From assembly GCA_964016885.1 (NCBI GenBank), contig OZ024740.1, positions 275,218,001 to 275,282,000 of the forward strand: a DNA stretch of 64,000 nt, given 5' to 3'. The notes beneath the pieces were generated by a model, which was not told where the DNA came from, did not search any database, and saw only the letters and a list, made by a program, of their open reading frames with translations. Below, one piece after another: positions 52,923 to 64,000 of the stretch. Numbering within the stretch: the stretch's first letter is position 1; every line of letters begins with the position of its first letter. This DNA comes from Eledone cirrhosa (taxonomy: Eukaryota). The position numbers and the translations under genes are program-made.

Positions 52923-54903
52923 CATCATCATCATCATCATCATCGTTTAACGTCCCTGTTCCACACTTGCATGGGTTTGGACGGGGGTTTTCCCACTTGA
53001 GGCAAGAGTGGTTGTCTTGCTCGCATAGGACTGTCTGGCGGGTTTTCTACAGTTGGATGCCCTTCCTAACACCAACCACATTTACAGTGTGGGGCTGGGA
53101 GGTTTTTACCGTGTTGCCTACACAGCCACATTACAGCGTGGACTATCTGGCGTGTTTTCTACAGCTGGATGCCCTTCCTAACACCAACCACATTTACAGT
53201 GTGGGACTGGGAGGTGTTTACCGTGTTGCCTACACCGTCACATTACAGCGTGGACTGTGTGTTTTTTTGTCATGACACCTACATGATCTCATTTGTTTCG
53301 GCCTGGATGTTGTGGCACCAACATAACTTTGCATTGAAGGGGGTGGTGTGGATGGGGTGGGACGGGGGTGTATTTTGTTAGAGATGCCTACTGACTAGTA
53401 GGTTTTACTTTGTATTTAGGTGAGGCGGGTCTTCTCTGTTACTGAGTACCGCTAAAGGTCTCGGTCCAGTGACATTGTCTTGGAGAGGTGTAAGTGTGTG
53501 AGGTCGGAATTTATCAGCTCGTCCCAGGTTTTCCTGGGTCTGCCTACTCCGTGGCTACCATCTATCTTTATTGCCCTGCACTTTGTTATACAGCTGTCGT
53601 CTTTCATGTGCATCACGTGACCATACCAACGTAGCCTTCTCTCGAGTAAACAACATCTGATCCCTCTTATTTCTAATGTTTTCCTTAGTTCGTTTATGCT
53701 TTGCCGTTCACGTATATTACTATTACACATCCAGCGGAGCATGCAAGCTTCGTTCCTCTCTAGTCTGCGTATATCCTCTGCACACAATGCCCAGGTCTCA
53801 CTGCCATGCAACATTGCTGTTCGTATGCAGGCATCATACAACCTGCCTTTCATTTTTAGGGAGAACCCTTTAGCGGCTAATAGTGGTATAAGCTCTCTGA
53901 ACTTTTTCCATCCAGTTCTGACTCTAGCTACTGTACTTTCAGAGCACCCTCCCCCACTGCTGATTTTGTCACCCAGGTAACGGAAGCTGTCCACTATTTC
54001 TATAGAACCCTCTGCGCAATTGAAAGAGTTAGTGTTTTGTGGGCACTTGCTGCTACTTATTGCACCAGAGCACCAGCCACATGTAAAATCTGTGTTCTTA
54101 GTTAGCTTACCTGTGATCCCACTACATCTTTTATGCACCCATACTTTGCATTTGGGACATAAAATGGAGTTTCTACCTACGCCTTTCCTACACACTGAGC
54201 ATGGCCATTTCCCGGAGGGGACCGGCGCCTTATTTTCTTTCCTACAAACTAGAACTTTAGTCTTAGCCAGGTTAATTTTAAGGCCTTTTGATTCTAGGCC
54301 GTGCTTCCATGTTTGGAATTTCTTCTCTAGCTCGGCCATTGATTCAGCTATGAGCATTAGATCATCTGCGTATAGGAGTTCCCATGGGCAGCCGGTCTTG
54401 AACTCCTCTGTTATAGCCTGAAGGGCAATAATAAATAGTAGGGGGCTAAGAACAGAGCCCTGATGGACACCAACTTTTACACTAAACTCTTCACTATATT
54501 CGTTGTTAATTCTAACCTTGCTGACTGTTTCTTTATACATGGCTTGTATGGCTCTCACAAGCCATTCGTCAACACCTAGTTTTCTAAGAGCCCACCAGAT
54601 AATGGAACAGGGGACTCTGTCGAAGGCTTTCTCCAAGTCGACAAAAGCTAAGTATAGGGGTTTACTTTTAGCTAGGTACTTCTCCTGTAGTTGTCGTACA
54701 ATGAAAAGAGCGTCTGTGGTACATTTGCCTGACACAAACCCGAACTGCATTTCATCTAGATCAATTCTCTCTCTGATTAGGTGCACTATTACTTTTTCCG
54801 TGACCTTTATGACCTGGTCGATTAATTTAATGCCTCTATAGTTACTCCTATCTAGGGCGTCTCCTTTACCCTTGTAACAGTTAACGATGATGCTGCTACG
54901 CCA
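52923..54903 (-). pseudogene. 5'-truncated RTE-2 LINE with an almost intact RT and embedded C4HC3 finger
   Basis: Open frame 54903-53452 with NYRGIKL, QFGF, FVDLEKAFD, QGSVLSP, YADD, FRYLG and WYGHV, ending at a TAG where the sister copy has Trp. The 3'UTR has a ~112 bp tandem duplication and a (TGA)n tail. Confidence 0.96.
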
Positions 54904-54960
54904 GTATATATATGTAATTGGATAATATTTAATATTATCCACATTATATATATATATATA

Positions 54961-55576
54961 TATCAAATATTGAGTTATAAACTCGAAATAGTCTTTTACA
55001 ATTAAATAGCTCAAAGAAGGGAATATTTCCGAGCCGTGTAATACAAATGAATATGAGGGATGAACACCTATACAAGTATACATGTGTTCGAATTGCAAAT
55101 GACCAAGTTAGCTAAGTTGAAAAATACTAATTTAACATAAAATGGTTTGCCTGTCTCGATTTAAAATAATAAATCAATAAAAATAACTAACCTATATTGG
55201 CAATGGCCGTGATACCCGGAAAAATTCTAAATTTTTTCGCAACAATTAAGTGAAAGTTACTATTCCTGTGCTCTTCTGCGGGTATCCAGGAAAATTTGTA
55301 TCAATCACTTCAGAATACTTAAGAAGACTGAGAAATACGTGTTGTTGAACGCACATGTGTCCCAGCGCCTAACTCGTCCCATACTCGTGCTGTTAAAAAT
55401 AACAGTCGGTTTTATGGGACTAAATTTAGCTCAACGTATGGAGCCGTGAATATCAAATATTGAGTTATAAACTCGAAATAGTCTTTTACAATTAAATAGC
55501 TCAAAGAAAGGAATATTTCCAAGCCATGTAATACAAATGAATATATTTAACATAATATGGTTTGCCTGTCTCGATT
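54961..55576. mobile_element. Family E element: 490 nt monomer with terminal direct repeat
   Basis: 54961-55054 is repeated at 55451-55544; the second copy then skips to the 55130-55161 sequence. Starts at (TA)n. Confidence 0.78.
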
Positions 55577-55577
55577 C

Positions 55578-55985
55578 TCATGAATCTTGGGTAATGACCA
55601 AAAGAATATAATTGTGAATACAACTGGCTGCAACGGAATTCCTCCGATGGGTCCTTCGAGTAACATTACTTAATAGATTACAAAGATTGGAGATCAGAGG
55701 GTCACTCCAGTTAGAACCACTACTTCACCGAATTAAGAGATCACGGCTCCGATATTATGGGCATATGGTTACAATGTCTCAGGAAAAAAAATCAGTGGAC
55801 AGATTTTATGGGAAAAACCCAGGAGTATGCCCCATGAAAGATGGTTGGTTAACATCCATGCACTTGGCTTGAGGATCCAGCTGGATCAATTAAAGATGCT
55901 GGCTTCTGACAGGATCTGCTGGAAGGAATGTTTGAGGACATCGCCCCCACAACCACCTCTGGAATAAGTGGGAGAAGAAGAATTG
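55578..55985 (+). pseudogene. Expander-like RTE 3' fragment
   Basis: HESWVMTKRI...LEPLLHRIKRSRLRYYGHMV; homologous to 6910-7335. Confidence 0.8.
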
Positions 55986-56204
55986 AAGATCATCATCATC
56001 ATCACTGTTTAATGAACATTTTTCCACACTGGCATGGTTTAGATGAATTATCCTGTTGTGAGTAATGCCACATCAGGTGACTATGTCTTGCTCAGGCAGA
56101 ACTGATTTTGGCTTGGTTTCTACAGTTAGATGCCCTTCCTAGTGATAACCTCATTTACAGTGTGCTTTTGTCGAAGATGTATATATATATATATATATAT
56201 ATAT

Positions 56205-56521
56205 CAGGAGCGAAGGGTCCGTGCATGCGTTATAGAATCTTGAGTTGATCAATTGCGTTGGTTGAAGCAAGCAGAATTTTGGCTTCTTACTAAAAACATA
56301 TAGACATAAAAAAAGATAACGCACACACACATACAGACAAACATATGAGAGCTTTGGGGCAAGCAGAGTTTTGACTGCTTACTAAACCGAAGACACATAA
56401 AAAGATAACACACACACTAGATAACACTACATGCGGCTTTGACCGGGAGGGTCATTTAGAGGGATTGGGGGGGGGGGGATTGGACTGCATGCCCTGCTTT
56501 CCAGGTTACCCTTCACCACTG
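56205..56521. mobile_element. MITE with 14 bp imperfect TIRs inserted in (TA)n
   Basis: CAGGAGCGAAGGGT ... ACCCTTCACCACTG (11/14 match), with an internal ~85 bp diverged direct repeat. Confidence 0.6.
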
Positions 56522-56577
56522 ATATATATATATATATATATATCTATATATATATATCTATATATATATATATATAA

Positions 56578-56800
56578 TTCCACTGCAAAGTGGTGGTGGA
56601 GGTGCCAATGCAAAAAGCACCCAGCGCACACTGTAAAGAGGTCGTGTAGGCGCCACGGAGAAAAAGCACCCAGCACTCACTGTAAATGAGGTTGGTGTTA
56701 GGAAGGGCATCCAGCTGTAGAAATCAAGCCAGAATCAGTTCCCATCCCACCATGCAAGCAGGGAAAGAGCGGATGTAAAATGAAATGATGATAATGATGA
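56578..56800 (+). mobile_element. 5'-truncated SINE-B/RTE tail
   Basis: Matches 14194-14410. Confidence 0.85.
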
Positions 56801-57417
56801 TATGCAGTTGATTTATAATCAATTGATTCTTATAACAGATGCCAAACACTCAACGGTATAAATATATCCAGAGTATTATTATAAAAAGATAAATACTTTA
56901 TATCATCTCTATTTATTTTATTATATATTTCGAAGATGTAAAGTTTTATGTATAACATAAAGCAAAACATGTCCTCCTCAGATAAAATACATAGGCGATG
57001 TATGACTTTTTTCATGATATGCTGGTAGACAAACAAGCTGGACAGATTGGTGACCACCAAGCATTTGACTAGAAAAAACTTAACACATAGGGGGGGGGGG
57101 GTCACGTGACTGAGAGAAAACATTACAGTTGGTTTAAAAACATTTCATAAATTGTTAAACAGTTTGACAATCGCCACAGACAGATGAATGCGAGAAAGTT
57201 CTCCAACCCAAGTTAACCAGGAATTTCTAAAATTCTTCCCACCGAAGTTAACAAAGAACTTACTGGATCTACCAACTCATAATATTATAATATTATATTA
57301 TAACATTAAATCATACATTTTTTAACACTACATGTGAAGTCATTCTTTTCCTTTTTTTTCAAATATACCTAACTGTACCAAGGATCTCACACATTTTCCT
57401 ATATATATATATATATA

Positions 57418-57859
57418 TAAAGAATGAATAACAACAGGTAGACATCATAAAAAGGTAATTTATTCCAAGTGCTTACAAATGTTTCAACAGAGCAGAATGG
57501 TTAAAATTTAAATACCCTTGTATTTACATTTTAACCATTCTGCTCTGAGGAAACGGTAAAAGCAGCATTTGAAAATTGAGTTTCTGCAAATAATTACCAA
57601 TTTGCACATAGCATGACTAGGCTGTATAACTACTGTTGAAACATTTGTGAGCACTCGGAATAAATTACCTTTTTATGATGTCTACCTGTTATTATTCATT
57701 CTTTATCTACACTCCGGAATACAGAAGGATCAGAAACTGAGTTTCTTCAACTATTCTTCCATAACTCGTTGAGTAACCACTCACCGTACGTCAACTCTAT
57801 CTAGTGTAGTAATTAACCATTACTGCATTCAGGATAATCCTAAACATTTCTTGCATAAC

Positions 57860-57862
<3 letters not shown>
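57418..57862 (+). mobile_element. Fold-back element with an extended-helix-II HHR at 57541-57653
   Basis: TGCT CTGAGGA AACGGTA...TACTGTT GAAA CATTTG T G AGCA. The mirror arm 57418-57515 has GUA at the cleavage site but lacks helix II. Confidence 0.8.
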
Positions 57863-57911
<49 letters not shown>

Positions 57912-57916
57912 TATAT

Positions 57917-58324
57917 AAGTTCTATTTAAATTGTTGGGATACAACAAGCAAATATTTTTATAACTGATATAAAGCACTCAACAAATATTTGGAGTAAAAA
58001 TACGATATTAACAAATGGAAACTATATTTATAAAACGATATTTATTTCATTATACATATTTCAAGGACACCAAGTTAAATTATGGTGTGCTTTCATCAGA
58101 TAAAATATAATATAGATCAGTTTTATAAATAAATATTGACTATCCGGGAGCTTCCAACAGTAATGGTTGCATTTTTTAAGGGTATGTCAATATTTATTTA
58201 TAAAACTGATCTATATTATATTTTATCTGATGAAAGCACACCATAATTTAACTTGGTGTCCTTGAAATATGTATAATGAAATAAATATGGTTTTATAAAT
58301 ATAGTTTCCTTTGTTAATATCGTA
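57917..58324. mobile_element. Family A fold-back element
   Basis: Arms 58001-58140 and 58186-58324; junction at 58140/58141; (TA)n on both sides. Confidence 0.85.
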
Positions 58325-58334
58325 TATATATATA

Positions 58335-58650
58335 TATATATAAATATATATAATTGATGTTGGATGCTTAAAGCATCCGTATGCAGTAGGCCATTTGAGC
58401 TCTCGATGCTCTCATAGAGCAGAGTATGATATCACAGAAAAAAATAGAATCAGTGTTACGACGAATGGAATTTATTGGACATATTGCAATCGTTTCTCTG
58501 GCGACCAGCTCGTAGAATCAAGACGTATCTGAGGACCTTTCACTTTTCAGAGTCAGGTTTGATCATCACACCGATCGTGCCAGAGAAACGATTGTAATAT
58601 GTCCAATAAATTCCATTTGTCACAACACTGATTCTCTTTTTTTCTGTGGT
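58335..58650. mobile_element. Short fold-back element
   Basis: Arms 58431-58502 and 58579-58650; the right arm begins GCCAGA GAAACG. Confidence 0.75.
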
Positions 58651-58840
58651 ATATATATAGATTTATATATGGCACTGGTAAGAACACAAAAAGAAGTGAT
58701 GCTTCCTTTGCTAGTGGTGTTCGTAGTTATGATTATTGTTGTTTGGGAGCATAGTGGTTGTGATGACAGTAATGCTAGTTGTGGTATTGGTGACTGTGAT
58801 ATTGTTTATGAGTGTGGTTATTGTGTTTGTTGTTGCATGT

Positions 58841-59025
58841 AATAATTGTTTCTGCTTTCGGCACAAGGCCAGCAATTATCCCAGTGTATTACTGGTACTT
58901 TATTTTATCGACCCCGTAAGGATGAAAGGCAAAGTTAACCTCGGCGGGATTTGAACTCAGACCATAAAGGGCTGTAACTCTTTGCTGCAAAGCATGGCGT
59001 CCAACCCTCTACCGATACTGCCAAC
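58841..59025 (-). mobile_element. SINE-A copy
   Basis: Reverse complement of the SINE-A consensus. Confidence 0.88.
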
Positions 59026-59189
59026 CCCATCTCCTTCTCCACCACAAATATCATTACTAATACTACAACAAAAATCACCATTGCCACCATCAACCATTAA
59101 TATTATCACAAAACTGTATATTTACTACTATCACATATATCAGAAATAGTTACAATTATTTTTTTTATCTTAAACATTAACGTGGTTAT

Positions 59190-59870
59190 GTAGGTGATGA
59201 TGTTATTTGTGGTGGTGTTGGAGATGATGATGATGATATTTGTGGTGTGGGTTGTGGTGATGATGATGATGATTGTGGTTGAGTAAATGGTGGTGATGAT
59301 GATGATGATTGTGGTGGTGCAGATGGTGGTGGTAATATTTGTGATTGGTGATGATGATGATTGTGGTGGAGGAGATGGTGGTGTTAATATTTGTGGTGGA
59401 GATGGTGATGATTGTGGTGGAAGAGATGGTGGTGGTAATATTTGTGGTGGTAATATTTGTGGTGGTGGTAATATTTGTGGTGGTGGAGATGGTGGTGGTA
59501 ATATTTGTGGGGGTGGAGATGGTGGTGGTAATATTTGTGGTGGTGGAGATGGTAGTGGTTATATTTGTGGTGGTGGAGATGGTGGTGCTAATATTTGTGG
59601 TGGGGGAGATGGTGGGGGTGATATTTGTGGTGGTAATATTTGTGGTGGTAATATTTGTGGTGGTGGTAATATTTGTGGTGGTGGAGATGGTGGTGGTAAT
59701 ATTTGGGGTGGGGGAGATGGTGTTGGTAATATTTGAGGTGGGGGAGATGGTGGTGGTAATATTTGTGGTGGTGGAGATGGTGTTGGTAATATTTGGGGTG
59801 GGGGAGATGGTGGTATTTATATTTGTGGTGGGGGAGTTAGTGAAAATATTTGTGATGAAGTTGAGGTGAT
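59190..59870. repeat. GGT-based ~30 bp minisatellite
   Basis: Units such as GGTGGTGGTAATATTTGTGGTGGTGGAGAT. Confidence 0.9.
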
Positions 59871-60092
59871 GAAGAATAGTGCTTAGTAATAATGGTAGAT
59901 TTCATATTTTAAATGGTGGTGGTATTGGTGGGGACTTGGAGGCAGGAAGGGAGTTCCTGAGAACAACATAAAAAAATGGGATATGAAAATCCAAATAAAA
60001 TATATAATTACATTTGGAAATAAATAAAATGAATAAAAATTAGGCAGAATAATCATATAAAGGAAATATATTAACAAATATGATGACAATGA

Positions 60093-60096
<4 letters not shown>

Positions 60097-60138
<42 letters not shown>

Positions 60139-60373
60139 ATTGATGATGGCATATAGGTGATAATTATGATAATATAGAGGATGATGATAAGAATTACTGC
60201 TACTACTACTACTACTACTGCTACTACTACTACCACTGCTGCTACTACTGCTACTACTGCTGCTGCTACTGTTACTACTGCAGCTGCTGCTACTACTGCT
60301 GCTACTGCTGCTGCTACTGCTACTACTACTGCTGCTGCTACTGCTACTACTACTACTGCTACTACTACTGCTT

Positions 60374-60407
<34 letters not shown>

Positions 60408-60445
60408 CAGTGCCACTACCACCACCACCACAACTACTACTACTA
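60097..60445. repeat. (GAT)n and mixed (CTA/CTG)n trinucleotide tracts
   Basis: Direct reading of the sequence. Confidence 0.95.
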
Positions 60446-61073
60446 TTAAGAAGAAAAAGAAGGCTAACACTGGAAAACAAATCTTTAATAGATTCTCTGA
60501 GGAAACTTTGTAACCAAAATATTTTTCAAGAGGAGAGAGTGCTTTAATGAGCAGAGAGGATTGAGTAAGTATCAAACAGTGTTATTGGTGCTATTGTGAA
60601 TTGGTGAGATGGCGCGTGAAGATGGTGATGTAAAACCTGAAGTGGGGAGGTGTCTGTAGTTGTGTGTTGGATGTGAGAGCGTGTTGCAAGAGTGTGAAAG
60701 AGAATAAGGAATGTTTCAAGCTCAGAGAACAGTTTGCCTTTGGCACTGCACTATCTCGCTACACTTGTGAATTAAGTATTTGCATTCACTCTTAGGTATA
60801 AAGAAGAAAAGGAAAAAAATGGACAAATATACAAACAAAAACAAACAACAGCAAGTCAACAACAACAACAAGAAAAACAAGCTGTTGTATTTGGGACTGT
60901 TTTTCTTTATTTTACTTGTTTTTATCACTTTAGATTATTTTCTTGTTGTTGTTGTTGTTGTAATGACTTATTTTAGACTTTTTTCTTTTTTTTTTATTGT
61001 TTTCTGTCTGTGGTAAACATTTAGGTAAAAGTGAACTTTTCAAAAAATCCTCTACTCATTCTTTACAGGGGTG

Positions 61074-61106
<33 letters not shown>

Positions 61107-61108
61107 CT

Positions 61109-61142
<34 letters not shown>

Positions 61143-61644
61143 GGGGTTAACAGAACAGGGATATGCAGATATATATATATATATATGTGTGTGTATATAT
61201 ATATATATATATATGCATATATATAGTGGCACTATATGTGTGTGTGTGTATATATATATATATATTATTGACAAGTATATATACATATAAGTTTTTGTTG
61301 TGTTTTTTAATCTTAAATCTTTGCCATTCTCTATCACTATTTAAAACTTCATCTCTTTTGTTTGGGGATTTGAAATATATATTTTTTCTTTTTTTTTCTT
61401 TTTTTATCTTTTTATACATATATTTTTTCTTTTGCTTATTACTTGAGCCTAAAATGGAAAACAAAACAAAAAAGAAAACATCCAAAAATGTTCATACATA
61501 AAACATAATATAAAAAATATAATTTCCCTAAAAAGAAATTACACACAAAAAACAACAAAAAAGAAACATCATTTATGAAATAATATTTTTTTCTTCTTTT
61601 GTTAAATTATGCATAGATACAAAGTAGAATCAAGCATTATTTGT

Positions 61645-61800
61645 AGGCTCAGACATGGCCAAATTGTTAAGAGGTTTGCTTCATAATCATGTTGATCCTA
61701 CTCTACTGTATTGCTTCGACACTTGGGCAAGTGTTTCTATACTACTATAACCTCAAATCAACACAAGCATAGGGAGTGAAAGTGAGTTGAGAGAAACTGT
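61645..61800 (+). mobile_element. Very degenerate CORE-type SINE of another subfamily
   Basis: CATGGCC..TGTTAAGAGGTTTGCTTC head, ACTTGGGCAAGTGTTT core and GAAACTG end. Confidence 0.5.
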
Positions 61801-62284
61801 GTACTTTCAGATCCAAAATAACAGTGATTGTTTGGCATAATTGGGGGTGGGGTTTGATTTATTTTTTCAAAACCAGAATTAGTCGTTTAGTTTACACATT
61901 GAGAACACAACACATCCTATTTATTTTATAATGTATGGGATTTTGTGTAATGTTCTTTTTTTGTCATGTATGTTTTTAATGTCTACAGGAATGCTACCAC
62001 TTAAAATAAAATTTTGTTGGATATAGATTAGCAAAATTTAATAAGTGGTGGTGGGGGGAGGTTGGAATAAGAGTGGGGTTTGGAAAATAAATCTGAAAAA
62101 TTAATAAGCGGGGGGGGGGGGGGGGGGCGATTATTTGAGACCCATGTGTAGAACTGTATCTGATGAGTTACGGTTTCTCTGCCCTACCCTATTCCTTGGG
62201 GTTTTTTCCACTGACTAAATTATAAAAGAAAAGAAAAAAAGAGACTTCATTCAATCAAAGCTTGCTGTAGTTAGAGGTCAAGTG

Positions 62285-62456
62285 ATAATGTTATATGCTG
62301 ATGAAGATACTCTCATGGTATGACCAAATGATATTTATTTTCAACGTAATCCCTGGAAAGAAACAATGCAGTTGAAATTAATGCATGCAAGATTTCACAG
62401 CTCTAGCATTACTCCTTCGTAGTCATCCTTTGAACTTTTCAGCCGACCCTCCTATA
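62285..62456. mobile_element. Internally deleted mariner derivative
   Basis: AAGATACTCTCATGG..TGACCAAATG matches 9624-9652. The right end GAACTTTTCAGCCGACCCTCC-TA resembles the inverse of the 9590 terminus. Confidence 0.6.
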
Positions 62457-62479
62457 TGAAGAATATGAGATCTTGAGCT

Positions 62480-63620
62480 TGTAACTCATAACCACATACA
62501 TTACTAAGATGACCTATATTTCTATTTGATCATAACAACCTGAAATTCTTTCTGAGAATTTTCATGGCTTTGTAACCATATGCTAGGTGTATAAAGCACA
62601 GTGAGAGGGTGAATGCAGCAGTTGTAATATTAAGGTATTGTATTACCCAACACATGAATGTTGGTGCAAACCTCACAGTGTCTAATCCACTTTGTCACAG
62701 AACAAAGCACTGGACTCCCAATCCACCAGAATACTCTCTTCTGTCACCATCAATCTATAAATCACTATTGTTCTATTCATACTGTAGCTTCCTGCTGCCT
62801 TTAACATATCTCCTTCTCAATCTACCTTCCTCTCCATTCTTCACATTTCTCAATATTTCCTGAACTTCATTCTCAGCTATCTACTCTGCTGATCTGGGAT
62901 TATATTTGTACCATGAAAGCTATTCCTATCTCAGCCTTGTATAATCATGTAGATAAAATTATTGATGACAGCCTACCTGATGTGTACATAATGAGTTCGT
63001 TTACTTCTTTCTGGAATTAGACATTACATATTGACATCACAGCTTCATCAGCAAACTCTGAAATCTTTCCATCTTCTTCATTTTATGCCTATAGCTCTGC
63101 TTGACTTCTTCAAATCTCCTCCCCATATGTCCATTTAAATCCTATCATATGTTCAAACATTTTTTTTTCTATTGCACAACAAAACTTGTTTCTCTCTTCA
63201 ACATTCTGATCTGCCTATGGGGCATATCCTGAGATGATGTTCACCAAGTACTTTGTAATCGACAATTTCACCCTCATCAACTGTTCATTTACTCTAGTCA
63301 CAATCACCACACTGTCTACAAACTCTACAGAAATCAAGACACAAACAACATGTACACCTTCTAGATACCATTGCTACATAAATGTGTATTTCTGTCTTTG
63401 TTTTTTTCTCACTATTTTTCACTCCACTTCCCTTGCATCTTGTCATCTGCACACAATATATATCCATACTTCTTTTATTCATTGCCTCCACCAGTTCTCC
63501 CAATCTCCCTGTTATCGTTCTTACATTCCATGTCCCAAACCTCATACACCATTCTCCACAGGAAACATCAGGTACTTGGTCAACATTAATGGACTGAACT
63601 CCTCCAGTGTTTTAACTGGA
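62480..63620 (-). pseudogene. Decayed RTE 5' half (AP endonuclease)
   Basis: MRFGTWNVRTITGRLGELVEAMNKRSMDIYCVQMTR.KG (63545-63420). The extent beyond this is uncertain. Confidence 0.7.
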
Positions 63621-64000
63621 TTCCCTGTCTTGAGCTTTTGATAAGAGGGGCTGGGAACCTCCATAAGTTATTTCAGGCTGTACCCTACCCATATGTTTTT
63701 ATACACAACACATGGCCCTATTTGAAGCATTGTTTATGACTAGATGCCCATGGTGCCAACCCTTTTATTCATCTGTCATGGTATGCAGAGACATGGTGTA
63801 TCTATTCTAAACCAGAGACACATGGTTTACCAGTTCATGAGATTTGAGTTCAAATACACTGCTGTTCACTTAGCTGCTTGCAACTGATACTCAATTAATC
63901 TTATAAGGTTATTCACAGTAAATTGATGTTCTACCTAAGTTGAGTGCCATGTCATTGTTTTTATGATATGTAAACAATTAAAGACATACTCTAAATGAAA

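Noticed and set aside
54904-55098. N-terminus of the 548 aa ORF as a real RT start
   Set aside because: RTE similarity stops at about 54903; the upstream codons come from (TA)n and the family E repeat.
59287-60575. Long Gly-rich, Val-rich, Ser-rich and Thr/Ala-rich ORFs
   Set aside because: They are translations of GGT, GAT and CTA/CTG repeats that are open in several frames and on both strands.
60445-60780. Possible promoter or first exon (GTAAGT at 60565, AGATGGCG at 60608)
   Set aside because: Only short motifs; needs transcript evidence.

Overview
This is AT-rich, repeat-saturated eukaryotic DNA. The SINE families resemble octopus SINEs, so an octopod cephalopod is the likely source (inference). 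I found no supportable host protein-coding exon, tRNA gene, rRNA or CRISPR array. All recognisable coding sequence is decayed transposon: several RTE-clade LINE families, a CR1/L2-type LINE, Tx1/L1-type RT remnants, mariner remnants and two different Penelope-like elements (PLEs) with GIY-YIG endonucleases. There are also two tRNA-derived SINE groups, piggyBac-type and other MITEs, a Helentron-like repeat, and many (TA)n/(CA)n microsatellites. The most notable signal is a set of short non-coding elements, most inserted at (TA)n. Many are long fold-back palindromes, two look like 1.2-1.3 turns of a 466 or 490 nt monomer, and at least ten distinct sequence families carry type I hammerhead ribozyme (HHR) motifs or remnants. 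The HHR motifs range from a perfect minimal copy at 37632-37676 to degenerate ones, and inversion breakpoints repeatedly fall inside the HHR motif. This looks like a retrozyme or non-autonomous PLE system. A second notable point is a C4HC3 PHD-like finger inside the RTE reverse transcriptase, which is cleanly deleted in frame in one copy. All folds and alignments were done by eye, and boundaries of degenerate elements are approximate.
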